Below the pieces are notes generated by a model. It did no database searches. It had not been told where the DNA came from and saw only the letters and a program-made list of their open reading frames with translations. Both the position numbers and the translations under genes were made by a program. A stretch of 64,000 bases of DNA. It comes from Tubulanus polymorphus. Lineage: Eukaryota > Animalia > Nemertea. The stretch lies in the NCBI RefSeq assembly GCF_964204645.1, contig NC_134025.1, forward strand, positions 18,885,101-18,949,100, read 5' to 3'. Positions 47,851-61,071 of the stretch are shown here, one piece after another; the stretch's first letter is position 1, and every line of letters begins with the position of its first letter.

Positions 47851-49960
47851 GCGCCGCTACTTAGCAATAATAAGAACTAATGTTATTAACGATGTTTTGT
47901 TAAGTGGAAAGACGCCGAGTACCAGTATATATCCGATAGGTTCGAATCCCCAATTTCTTCGGGATGATTTGATTTTAAAATAGCGATCGTTTTAATAGAT
48001 TTGGTGTACCTTATTGAACTTACCCACCGTCAACACACCTGCCGGATGTGAAACTGGGGACGTCCTATTCCAATGACGCTAAAGATTTTGTGTGAATTTT
48101 ATGGTACTGTAACGGCGGTATGAATTAAATTCAGCTTAGACTGAGAGTAAAGTATTTTAAGGCAAACTCTAATGGGCTAACTGCACATTGTCGAAAGACT
48201 TCTCATCCATCGATACTTGATAAAAATGAAATAAAACATCTAGTTCCAATTATCTCATGTAAGCATAACATTTATTTTGAAAATCTCAACCATACATCAA
48301 AACATTTTAAAGCCTTCTATATCAAATGCAATCATTTGCTAAACAATAGACAAATGGCAATATCTCTTTCATATTAATTATATCACGAATGCTAAATATT
48401 GCGATATTAATTGAAATCGTTCAACCAACAAATGAATTTAGTTAACATAATATCATCACAAACCATTCATATCCTTGGCAAAGGACTTATAAGCTTTTAG
48501 AATATCCAAACAGGAAAACTTTAGTCTCATTTCTATGCGAGTAGAAATACATTATCATTATAACATCCATATCTGTGCACTATATATATGTTTATAATGT
48601 CATATCTCTTAATAATAATCAATCCAATAATCAAATTAATAATACTAATTTATTAATTGATAAATAAACTATCAACTCTGCTATAATTGAGTTACACATG
48701 ATGTAAAAAAATTATGACATAAAAACTCCTGTCAGAGTAATAGAAGTAACTGTCTAATACATGAAATAACACATTTTATACAATGAACTGAGCTCTGAAT
48801 CTGATGAAAATATTCAATCTGAGATCTTACGAATGATGTTATTTTAGCCCTCTACTTCTGAAAACTGAATAGCGCGCTGTGAACTTCAACTTCAAAACAA
48901 ATTTGTTGAACAGCAGTGTATCGAAAAACTGTACGTAGGCTACAGTGTACCGCGAACTGAACGCGGCGTCTTCTCACTTAGAAAATTATCGACTTGACTG
49001 ATTAGTTCGATTTTCGACCGCGGCGGCGCTATACGACATTGGACAAAAGAAACTTTCTACCTTTTGCCCGTTCGACGGGGTTCGGCAACGTTCAAAATGG
49101 TGGACGGATCTCGTTCGCTACGAAACCGAACGCGATAGCCTGTACCTGTCAGGTTCGAATCCCGCCGCCTTTCCGACTTTACACAATCGTTCTTTAGAAG
49201 ACCAAACGATGGTAAATATGTTTTTAAAGGGCATTTTTATTAGGAAATGCTTTTTTAGATCAAAATTAGTACTATTTTTCTTGTGTCGGATTTGTTAAAT
49301 ATTTCCAACGTAATTTCGACTAATGTCTATTTATTAATGGATGAGACCTGTTTTTCTTGGATATTTTGCTTACTTTTTGGGGTACATACCTCATTTATGT
49401 CTTAACAGAATGCCAGAAATCGATGGATCGAAATGGATTGGCAAAAAGACTCCTTAAGTCCAATTGAATGAGAGAGAAAATCCTCAATTTTGTGAAATTT
49501 CTTGAATTTTTACATTGTCACCATGCCTACGAAATGAAATTATTTTTCTTGTGGGGGCTCAACAACTAAATCAGGGTGGCGTAGGCATGGTAACAGTCGA
49601 AAAGTGCGACGTCGTTTCAACGTCATAAATAGTGCTAAAGATGATCTCATGCTAACTGGTCAGACCCGACGTAAGTCCGACGTTGTCTCTACGTAACAGC
49701 GCAACCTCCACCAAAAATCGACGTCAGATGTCGGTTGTTTTAAAGAAGTGAGTTTCTAGAATCCTAAAATGACGCCTAGGGTAGATAAGTTTCACAACCG
49801 TTTTAAAAGATATTCCTAATCTCCTAGATTTGTTGTTACACCTAGGCTACTTCAACCGAACAACTATGACTGTGGCGCCACTGTGCGACTCCACACGAAA
49901 CTAGCTCGTTGAGGTTCAAGGCTGAAGTTGGCCATTTGTATATGGAGTGCAGCAGGGATT

Positions 49961-50224
49961 ATGGCGCTGCCTTTGGTGGGCGATAGTGGTGGTTTCAGAA
50001 ACGCCTATGCCAAGAGACAAAGTCAGTTAGAACGCTGGTCAGAATCCGAAACTAATAAGCAACCTGTTACGCTAAAACACGACCTGGGAAAGGTTCGATT
50101 TCCCGAGGATTGTATCTTTCTCGCCGCTTGTGCTCAATTCGACAAAAAAGAAATCGAAAGACTCCTTGAAAAAGGTGCTAATATCAATACAGGAAATATA
50201 GACGGTCTGACTGCTCTCCATCAA
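49961..50224 (+). CDS. PPP1R12A: Myosin phosphatase targeting subunit (MYPT1/Mbs family), coding exon 1
   Basis: MyPhoNE RQSQLERW, RVxF motif KVRF, ankyrin start DGLTALHQ, then GTAAGT donor. Confidence 0.9.
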
Positions 50225-50425
50225 GTAAGTTTAGGGCCGTAGTAAATTCATTATTTTCATATTAGACCCAACTACATATGAATGAATCACCATAGTCAGG
50301 TGAACTGCAGCCTCTCAAGGCCTACACAAGAGCCTACTACATAAAAGCTGGGGGGATGTTTTCATTTGTTACATTGATTTTTCAAACAAAATGGTTGCCT
50401 TTGCCACTTTGTATGAAAAGTACTG

Positions 50426-51045
50426 GGCGCTATTGCACTTTCGTACCCCCCTCCGAAAAATGTTTATTTCAGCATATTTATTATCAGGGAGGTCTAGGGA
50501 TTCAAAATCAGTAACTTTTGACCCAAAAAACTTACTTTTAGTTGTTTAAAATTTAGATATTTTGGGCCCTAAATCGCGTGTAAAATCGCCGATTCGCGAC
50601 GTCAACAACGCCATATTGGATGTCAATCAAAGTTTCTAACCCTCTACTGAAATGTCATGACATTAAAACTTTGCAAAAACCATGTTTTCAAACATAACCA
50701 TCTCTGAAAATGACGCGTATGTTTGCATTATTTTCATACTTAGCTATTGATCTAAAGATGTTCTGATGAAGAAAAGTTATATGCCCAAAAACGAAATTTT
50801 GTCAATTAAATTCAATTAAATTTATTGAGATACATTTATTCAGATGTGTTTAGGTGGTAATTAGTGCGGAAACATGGCCGACCCGTCGGTTTGAATCGAG
50901 GAAATCGGTCCCAAATTATCAGAATTTTGGCTAGGAAAAAATTTTTTTTGTCAAAAGTAATTTATTTTGACTCTACAGACCTCCCTGATAAATAATATAC
51001 AGAAATAAAAAATTTTCGGAGGGGGTACGAAAGTGCAATAGCGCC
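50426..51045. mobile_element. MITE, possibly Merlin-type
   Basis: ~33-bp TIR GGCGCTATTGCACTTTCGTACCCCC(C)TCCGAAAA; 8-bp TSD AAGTACTG. Confidence 0.85.
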
Positions 51046-54000
51046 AAGTACTGTAAGGCCTGGGGTCACAGACGATCTTAACGCAGGATTATTCCAGTGA
51101 ATGCTATTTTGCAACCCTGTCCCTGGCCTACTGTCTGGGGTCCGACTGTTTGTCACACATTTTTTTCGCGTGACGTTTCGATCCGTAATTTCGATAGATC
51201 TACCATTATTATGCATCGATTTGTTCAGCAAGGATTTTGCATTCAGAAATATTATGGACAAAATTTTTGCTTAAAGTTGTTTTTGCTCTCATTTATCAGC
51301 GATAATTAACTCAGCGTATGCTTGCGTGATGCTGAGGCTCAGAATGATTGCTATGACGTGATCACCTTCATGAGTGTAATAAAATACTGTAGGTGGCCAC
51401 GGACAGATGGACTACCTTACGGACCACGAAATCTGTTTTGCAGCCACATTATGCGAGTGTATGCTAGTTAAACAATCGCTTAGGCCTAGGGCCTAGATGA
51501 AAACACTACTGGTAACAAAGTTAGGCCTATGCCAATTCATGATTTATTTCTGAATGCAAATTTCTTACTGAATGAATTGATGCATAATATTTACAGATCA
51601 ATTGATTATTAACGAGATCGCGGACCAAAATGTTGCACAGAGAGTATGTGTGACGAACAGTAGGCTAATGCTATTATGCCAATGCATGTACTACATAGGG
51701 CCCTATGATAAGATCCTTAGGCCTACTAATGAAAATAACAATAAGATTATTAGGGTTAGGGATTCGATAGGATAAGGGTCCAGATGGTTAAGCTACCTGA
51801 TACTTGCACAAATTTCATCCTGCACTGGCACGTTCTTTGGCGTGCCAATGATTTATGTCCTCAGGAACAATTGCAGGGAGTGCGTGAAGGGAGTGTTGGG
51901 GCGTACCTAGAGAGGATTTTAAAATTTTCAAAAATGCACCAATGTTCGCCTAATGTGCGTACCTCTTGGTAGCCATGGTTGGATGCTGCGTCAACTGGGC
52001 GCGAATATTGCCGCTGGTGCATCTCGGCGCGTTCCATGCTTTTCTCCTGTTTACCTAGATGTTATAGCATAGAAGCTATCAGATATAGACCCCTCTGTTC
52101 TGCAATAAAAGTAACTCTTTGACATTTGGCATGTCGTATCGTTCACAGCTGGTCGAGGCATGTAGCATGAAGGCTGCTGGAATGATGCTGGTTGTGTGTG
52201 ACACTACGGGAAAATGTGGTGCGGTAGATGTGAACTTTGCGCGAACAACGCTGAACTTATGTGTAAACCAGTCGAGCCATTGCGTGTCAATGCATGCCAA
52301 ACCAGCACATTTGATATACTAATTAGCCATGTGCTCAAACTGCGAATTCAATCAAATTTTATTCTGCAAAAAATATCAAATCCAACTCAATTTTACTTTA
52401 TTGACTAAGGTAAAACAGCAAATCTAATTCAATTTTGTTTTATTGAGAAAATTTCAGCAAATTCAATTCTATTTCACATTCAAATCACTAAGACCAAGGG
52501 AAAACATTTGTCGGCGGTATTTGTTCCTGCCAGCTCCAGTCACTGTCTGTGCTACTTATGAAAACACGATTGAATTGTGTAAATTATTAGCCTGGGATTG
52601 ACTAGTCCGCTTATTGCTGGGAGTGTATTTGGACAAATTAACCGTCTCACAGAAGGCATCATTTGCCATTTTATGAAAAGCTGACATGCTGGCCATAGTG
52701 CCCCTTGGGGCTCTTGTATTCGCATATTTTCAATGATACAAAATAGGATAAAGTTTTGACTAATTCATAGGATTCTAAGAGAGATTTAAGTATTTCTACA
52801 ACTTGTAACAAAATATGCATAGACTAGTATTATGATTGTAAGTAGGCCTACTACGTAATTTCACCATCTAATGCCCTATGTTCAATGGATGCAAAAATTA
52901 ACTATCTTGAAAATTGCCACAATCAAGCGTCATGACCTGCAACTTTGTTATTGACTGTGATTATAAAATATGCATATACCAATATAGATTGCAAGACTTA
53001 ATTTAACTCCCCCTAGTGGTGAGAACAACGGGTAACCCCTATTCCATGAGAGATCATCCTTGCTTGCCTGGGTTTGGTTGCTGCCTCTTGACCTCATGCC
53101 AATTTAAACCCTGGATGCTAATCTTATATTGGTTTTACACAAGGTTGCTACACAAGGTTGCTGCACAGCTGCTACTGGTCTGTGCCAATCAGATGTGTTG
53201 TTTTTCAACGACAGATTCGTTCTATCATAACAACTCACCTGATTGGCTAGATATAGACTGGTGACCGCTGAGCACCAATGAAGGGTTTATAGTGCAAACA
53301 AATGTCGAGTATCAAGACTAAGTTAAAACATGTTGATGTTTCCTCAAAAAACCATTGTCCAGATATGAATGAGAACTGCGTAACTAAATAGCTGCTGACT
53401 GATCCAAAACCCTGTCTGATGTTAAACTGGAATTTCAATGTAATATGATAAACCTAGTAGAATTCACAGTTCAGACCTAAGATGTCTTTTTTTATTTAAA
53501 AAAATCATAAGACAGCCATCTTGTTTTCGATCGACCCAATTTTTCTTTTTTTATATGAAAAACCATGTAGAACCTTGAGTTCAGGCCAAAGATAACCTTT
53601 TTGAATAAAAAAATGTCACAAGACAGCCATCTGGTTTCTGATCGACCCAATTTTTCTTGTAATTCTAGGCCCCAGGCCAGGGGGATACATACGCATGCCA
53701 AACCTCTAGATTTTATTGAAGCATTTTCAAAAATTTTCCATGAAAACTTAGAAAAATGTGCAATTAACTGATTTTATTGAGTGGCCACAAGTCAGCCATC
53801 ATGATTCCAATTAGGCCAACTATTGGCTGCAGTGACTCGGAGAGATATATTCTACAAAAATCAAATATCAAGACCATGCATCAAAGTTTGTGAAAAGCTT
53901 CCCAAGAAAACTAGATTCTGTCTACAGACCATGGATGAGAAGTGAACCAATAGCCTGCTGGGACTAAAGTCTCAATAGGGTTAAACATTCTGGTCATATG

Positions 54001-54157
54001 ATGGTTCCTGGTTGGAAATGATGAATTAATTGCTGATTTTAAGGAATCATTATACAATATCTTTGTCAACTGATCATAAGCTTGGCCTGATATAGTTATG
54101 ATAGGCCTTAAGAAATCTTAATCTAATTTCTAATTTTGTTGTGCATTTGTGTTTCAG

Positions 54158-54288
54158 GCATGCATCGATGGAAAGTTGGATATGGTGAAATTTCTGGCGG
54201 AGAGGGGGGCAGATTTAGATGTCTGCGACAATGAAGGTTGGACTCCTCTCCATGCCACTGCGAGTTGTGGATTTTTAGATATTGCCAA
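54158..54288 (+). CDS. PPP1R12A: MYPT1-family coding exon 2 (ankyrin repeats), 131 bp
   Basis: tttcAG acceptor; ACIDGKLDMVKFLAERGADLDVCDNEGWTPLHATASCGFLDIA; GTAAG donor; in phase with exon 1. Confidence 0.92.
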
Positions 54289-55149
54289 GTAAGATATTAT
54301 TTTCTTTGAAAATGCGTCTATTTCTCGCTACCTACCCATCCCATTCATTGGTTTAGATTACAAAATGATGATGAAAATCATTGCATTTAGTACATGAATT
54401 TAAGAAATGAGATGGACACTGCCCGTAGCCTAATAGAATACGTTTTGTTTAGCAAATTTGTGTTACTAGTTTGTATGTTCATGGTATGAATGAATTTAGT
54501 TCCAGGAAATCAGGAATTTGTCCCCTATTGACTAGGACATACATAGATTCAACTGTCTGTGTAGTAGCTATATAGTCCAAATTTACGACCTTTTATTCAG
54601 GAAATACCAGATTGTTGACACAGTGTAGGGAAACAAATGCGCAAAAAGACAGGAATTTGCTTACTTTTTATGAAGTGTCTTCAAAATATAGTAATTATGA
54701 ACAGATTAACATAATTTGATAGTAAATACATTGAAACCAAAATGATAGTTATTCAAAAAAGCTGTTTGAGGCATTCATTTTAAAGCATTGAGAATCAACG
54801 ATGAAACTATTATCCCGATTTTATTTTATTATATCATCTTGTCCTATTTTCATATTCGGCAAGTCATATTTCTGTTTTACAACACTTCTAAAAGGATAGA
54901 ATTTAGATTTTGCTTGCATATTGTCTCTTGAAAGAATGTGAATTTACTGAGGACTATAATACACTCAGAACAAATAGTTCTTCAGAACAACCTTTTGAGG
55001 TTCTTCCGCTTGCCTCTGTGGAGGAAACCTTAAAGGTTCTTCAAAGAATTAATATTTATACATGTGAAAGAAAATGATATATTGAACTGGACACAAAACC
55101 TCAGACTTAATGAGAACTGGAGTCAGACATGTTTCTAATTTGAACTTAA

Positions 55150-56109
55150 CCCTTACAATAACACTACCGTGTGGCATACGGTACAAACAGGCAAGCTAGC
55201 ATACCCATATTGTATGTGATACGGTATCGCTTAACCCTTCTAGAAGGGCATGTCTATCTATATCAGCTGGTGCTGCCATATGCATAAGATCCAAGATGGT
55301 GGCAGCCAGGAAAAAACAATTTGGCTGGATGAAATGGTTCAACAGCTCGTAAATGATGCTGGTGACTTGAGAGTGATAACGAATATGACAGCAGTAGTTC
55401 AGAAGATGAGACTTAGTCAGAAAATAGGTATAGTGTCGGCAATGATTTCGATGATGATGAAAATGAATCAGTGACAATTTTTTAGACCTGCTGATCCGGT
55501 TGTCATGGCAACGGATACCAATAACAATACTAAAGAACCAGAAACTGTCCATCCTCTATGTCACATATATGCAAATTATTCTTGTAATTTGTAGACCCAA
55601 TATTTGTCAACACCATGATATATACTATATCAGTGTCAAATACATAGGTAACAATTTTCTGAGACCTGAATTATACCCCAATGAAACCCCTTACATCCGG
55701 CCTTCTGACATATCGGTGGAAAAGTGGGTAAATTAGTGGAAAAATAAATTTTTGAGTTGTGTTATTGCTTTGAAATTGTTACTACATAAAGTAAGGATAT
55801 TTTGCATACAATTTCAGTTGAAATGGAATAGATCAGTGCATTTTCCTGGGAGACGGAGCAGTTTATCCGAAACTTTTTCGTGAATTTTTTTCATGGCGGC
55901 CATCTTGGATTATGTGACCTTGACCTCGAGTTTACTTATACCCAAATTATTTATGTCTACTTTTTATCCCGAAAAGTTATCCACAGCATGCTATATAATT
56001 TTTCTTTGTCAGATACCTTGGTAACTATTTTATGAAGCCTCAAATATACCTCTATAAACCCCTAAATTCCCTCCGGTTCAAGAGGGGAGACACTGCGGTA
56101 TTGAAAGGG
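55150..56109. mobile_element. Possible non-autonomous piggyBac-like element
   Basis: TTAA-CCCTTACAATA ... TATTGAAAGGG-TTAA. Confidence 0.5.
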
Positions 56110-57260
56110 TTAAATATACACAAAGTTTTGACATAAGTTGAGTATACATTGACAGCCATTTTATTTAGGCTTTATAATGTTATAAAGTGAGTCAAATAGC
56201 ATCTCTTTCAACGTAATCCATACTCAACATGCATATTTGAATATCTACATGCAGGCCAGTACCCAGGTCGGGTGTGTTGGGTGCAAACACACCCCACAAG
56301 ATCCCGAGTTCCACTTTCTTTTGTCTAAGAAAAATTTCAATGACTTTGTTGTATGAAATATTCTCTTACATTGGGATGCATCTAAAACGCTTAAAATATT
56401 CAAAATTTTCTTGGGAAAGGTCCCACAACCCCTCGCAGGGGCTTCACACCGACAGCGCCTGCAATCACCAGCTCCACCATCAAATAAGTTCCACCTCATC
56501 TAAATTTGCACCCACCCAAGAGAGGCGGCGTACGGGCCTGAATGTAACACTTCTTGAATATCCAGAATTAAAAACTGTTGAAAGTGCACAAGGCCTGCAA
56601 TACATGTTCGTATGATTGGCCATGGCACAGGTAGAATATCCAGAGTTTGTGTCCAATCAAGAAAAGTTCCGTCTGGTCTACATATGCTATTAGTCCTACT
56701 GATTGTGCTGATCTTGTAGGACATACCAGTCATTCATAGTAGAAACCTCTTAAAGATAGAGAACAAAAATCTTGGAATAGAGCAAAATATTATCTGAATT
56801 ATTTACTTCAAAACTTAAAAAATCATGATGTCCCAATAAAACAGCTCGATATCATTTAACTGGTGAAATAAGGTCTGAACATAAGCCTGGAGTTGATTTC
56901 ATATAAGTTTGTATACAACTGTAGGCCTCACATTTCAATTTGATTTTAACAGTGTTACCCAAGATCAAACATTTCCTCTTCCTGTATAAATAAATTCGAG
57001 AAATGATGTCATTGGATGTCTGTTCTATAAAAATAATGACGATTTAAAATCATGAGTAAATTTTGTATGATAGGCCTAAATGATGTCCTATTCTTAGAAT
57101 TTCCTGACATTAATATTCAGAAAGAATAGGGTTTCTATTATCCTCTGATAGAATAGAAGTTGGGTTTTTTTTAGGAACCTTTTGCTAGAAACCAAGAACC
57201 CCTTTAAAACATGAAGATACCTTTTAGGTGCTGTAGAAGCTTAAGGTTCCGTGATGAACT

Positions 57261-58389
57261 TGTAACAACTAGGATTTTCAGTGCACTCGGGAACTAGCTG
57301 GTCAAAATAAATTCAAAGTCATCAATTCCCCGACCGACCGCAACTGCTCAGTACAAACTGCCAAATAAAAGTGTGTGTTGTGTCCCTCATTCTGTTTCAA
57401 CTGACTCTTATATCTATATATATATATTCCTGCATAGTAACAAAAACTTAGGTATGAAAAACAAAGGTGACAGACAGTGAGTAGACAATTTGAGCAACAA
57501 CATGCCATAAACAAAGACAGAAAGAACATATGACTAATTACTTTACAAACACGACTAACAAATACATTTCTAAACAAAACAACAAGTTGCTATACTCCAC
57601 TTTACTTTCTCTGCGACTTTTGCATATACGCTAAAGTCGAGAAACTACTACAGGGTTAAATCATGTAAAAAAAACTAGGAAAAAAAATTCAATAGTATCC
57701 AACCATACTTGTTGACCAAGCGCAACAACGTTACAAAATTTAAAAAAAAACCATATCTCTAACGTAACAATACTTGTTGACTATAAAGCCCAACAACGTT
57801 TCAAAATCATTAAAAAAAACGTATCTCAAACGTAACAATACTTGTTGACTATAAAGCGCAACAACGTTACAAACTCATTAAAAAAAACGTATCTCGAACG
57901 TAACAATACTTGTTGACTATAAAGCCCAACAACGTTACAAAATCATAAAAAACCGTATCTCGAACGTAACAATACTTGTTGACTATAAAGCCCAACAACG
58001 TTACAAAATCATTAAAAAAAACGTATCTCGAACGTAACCGGGTTCTCCACCAATTGTAACAACTAGGATTTTCAGTGCACTCGGGAACTAGCTCGTCAAA
58101 ATAAATCCAAAGTCATCAATTCCCCGACCGACCGCAACAACTGCTCAGTACAAACTGCCAAATAAAAGTGTGTGTTGTGTCCCTCATTCTGTTTCAACTG
58201 ACTCTTATATCTATATATATATTCCTGCATAGTAACAAAAACTTAGGTATGAAAAACAAAGGTGACAGACAGTGAGTAGACAATTTGAGCAACAACATGC
58301 CATAAACAAAGACAGAAAGAACATATGACTAATTACTTTACAAACACGACTAACAAATACATTTCTAAACAAAACAACAAGTTGCTATA
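57261..58389 (-). mobile_element. TRIM-like non-autonomous LTR element
   Basis: LTRs 57261-57594 and 58055-58389; TSD AACT; minus-strand PBS TGGTGGAGAA; PPT GAGAAAGTAAAGTGGAG. Confidence 0.85.
57705..58038. repeat. Five-unit 65-68 bp tandem array inside the TRIM
   Basis: ATACTTGTTGAC starts at 57705, 57770, 57838, 57906, 57972. Confidence 0.9.
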
Positions 58390-58420
58390 AACTCACTCAA
58401 ATGTGGTGAATGTATAATAC

Positions 58421-58599
58421 GATAAAAACCCACTATGTACAAAATTCAAGAATTTTAAAATCGATAATTTATTTTATCAAAAAATCTATAAGACATTACG
58501 TTTTGATCTCATCCTAGAGATCATCGTCAGGTGGTGATTTTTTGATAAAATAAATTCTCGATAAAATTATTTTAATTTGCACATAGTGGGTTTTTTATC
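58421..58599. repeat. Inverted repeat enclosing a degenerate hammerhead-like motif
   Basis: GATAAAAACCCACTATGT...ACATAGTGGGTTTTTTATC arms. Confidence 0.65.
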
Positions 58600-60254
58600 T
58601 TAAGTATCAAGAATGTTTTAGAGTGATAAAAATAGTAAGATGTTGCTGTTATGTTTTCAATACTTTTGACAAAAATGCTATATATCTTGTAAGCTAAACT
58701 GTTGGATTGATTCTGAAACAGGGTGGCCACTTACCTGGAAATCACAGAATTTTCTGTTCTTTAGAAAAGTCAGGGACATTTTATAAAAAGCTATAGTCAG
58801 GGAAATGTGTTGAGATTGCTAGATCGCTTGTAAAATCAAACAGTTTCTGTCTATGTTATATGTGCCTGTTAATTGATTGGATTCTTGGCAGATGAGTTGG
58901 GGAAAACAAAGTGCATGTAAGGGAGAAGTCTGGGAAAAAGTCAAATAAAAGCTGTGTCAACTTGGTATATGACCTGTAGCTTGGCCTATACTTGATGAAT
59001 GAAACGCCACACCATTGTGCCAGTATGTTTTATGCTTTTACTGATTTCCATTTGAATGCATTAGAAAAGGTTTTCATACCAGAGGCCTAGTTAAAACAAA
59101 ACCTTGTTACTACTACCCTATACAAAACCTAGCAATTATACACTGTTAAAAAAAATTGGTAAATTGACCCAAAAAAAAAGTTGGCAGGAAAGTTGACCCA
59201 CAGGTGTAGTAAAATTACTACATATAGTAAATTTATTCACTTAATAGTCATTCTTAAACAGCAATGATAGTTAATTTACAGTAAGTAAATTTACATTCAT
59301 TAGAATTGTTTTGTTGCAGTAAGATTCTATAATTAGAATTTCTGCTTACTGATTGGCTGAAATTTTGTCTGCCTCCGTTTGGCCCCCCTACAAATATTTT
59401 CACACCCGTTTATACCCGTTGCATTAGTTTATACAATGATTGACTACCACACAAAATTTCAAGGCCTAATTCTCCACAGCAACGCTATTTGGTACATAGT
59501 TTCGTATTAATATATAGACTAGTGGAAAGCCCGATTTTTAAACGTAGAACTTATTAGTTCATTGCATAGGAATTGAGTAGGAGCATTTTAAAGTGGCCGT
59601 GCCCGTTGAGACCATATGGAATCCCCCATGACAACTGTAATCAAATCCAACAATGTAAGAAAATCATCGAATACTTTTGGGGGAGACCATATATCCTCGG
59701 GCGCAGGTCAAGTCGGTCCCAAGATACTCCGTCCCTTATCACATGTATACTAAAAATGTCTTGGAACCCATGGAGGCCCGTAACAGAACTATAGATAGCA
59801 AACAAATATGTTAAGTAGGCCTACCGATATGATCACCTGTTGTGCAGCAGGTAACAGGTAAAAAACAAAAATGTTCAGTCACACACGCTAACGCCTCAGC
59901 CCAATACAATCACTCTGGTGATGAGTGAGTTTATTGCTTTGAACCAGCTGCAGTACCTCGTAGGTTATAGTAAGTGGGTAAATTGCTTTTTTATTTACTA
60001 TCATATGTTACATTTGAAAAACTATTTGGTCACCTGGCAGCCGGGTCACAAAGGCAGCAGAACTACCTTATCAACAGTAGCTGTCTCGAGTCAGTGGCTA
60101 TGCCAGCAGAACCATGCGCCCTCTGAACAGTAGGAGAGACTACAAACAATTTGGTAAATTTATACACTGTGAGGAACTTGATTTCGATGAAAAGTTCATT
60201 GCAGGATTTAGTCATTTCCGGAAAGCCTTTTCAATCTCCAGAGGAACAGAATTT

Positions 60255-60415
60255 GTCCGTTTGTAGGTTTGAATCCCATACATACATTACCATATTGTCC
60301 CGGGCAAGACAAGTATCCTCACTGCCTCTTTCCACACTGGAGTAAATGGGTCTGGCTTGACAGTGCGCTATAGAAATGGAATTTGATTATTATATTTATT
60401 ATCATTATTATTATC
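60255..60415 (+). mobile_element. Decayed SINE remnant
   Basis: B-box-like GGTTTGAATCCC and tail GCGCTATAGAAAT..(TTA)n similar to the SINE at 22566. Confidence 0.45.
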
Positions 60416-60695
60416 AGCTTCGATGATGTAGTTACTTGAACTAGCCTATATGACTATGAAAATCATTTCACCCTAAAATCAATAAAAAACAAGTCTGATC
60501 CTATATGTACGTAAAATAAGAAATTTTTATTCATGGAAATCGTTTCATGATGTCTTTACTTCACTGATCATACTTTTGTTGAGAGGGTGACATTTCTTAT
60601 TTAAAAAAAAATTATGTTTAAGGTAGAAAAAGAATCTTGTGTGTATAGTCCTATTTTTGCATTCTTCTATCCAAGTCAATCAAAATGTGAAAAAC

Positions 60696-61071
60696 TGTAA
60701 CAACTAGGATTTTCAGTGCACTCAGGAACTAGCTCGTCAAAATAAATCCAAAGTCATCAATTCCATCTTGATAAAATATCTTTTATTCAAATGCTTGGTC
60801 GGCTTCCGACCGACCGCAACAACTGCTCAGTACAAACTGCCAACTAAAAGTGTGTGTTGTGTCCCTCATTCTGTTTCAACTGACTCTTATATCTATATAT
60901 ATATTCCTGCATAGTAACAAAAACTTAGGTATGGAAAACAAAGGTGACAGACAGTGAGTAGACAATTTGAGCAACAACATGCCATAAACAAAGACAGAAA
61001 GAACATATGACTAATTACTTTACAAACACGACTAACAAATACATTTCTAAACAAAACAACAAGTTGCTATA
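60696..61071 (-). mobile_element. Solo LTR of the same TRIM family
   Basis: Matches 58055-58389 plus ~40 extra bp; 4-bp TSD AAAC. Confidence 0.88.

Noticed and set aside
47935-49170. tRNA genes at GGTTCGAATCCC motifs (47939, 49151; similar near 32808)
   Set aside because: B-box only; I could not build a cloverleaf, so likely SINE relics
49928-50242. ORF-track 104-aa protein as a complete gene
   Set aside because: Starts at a TTG and reads through a GTAAGT donor; the real exon is 49961-50224
57705-58038. CRISPR-like ~67-bp periodicity
   Set aside because: Whole units repeat with no variable spacers
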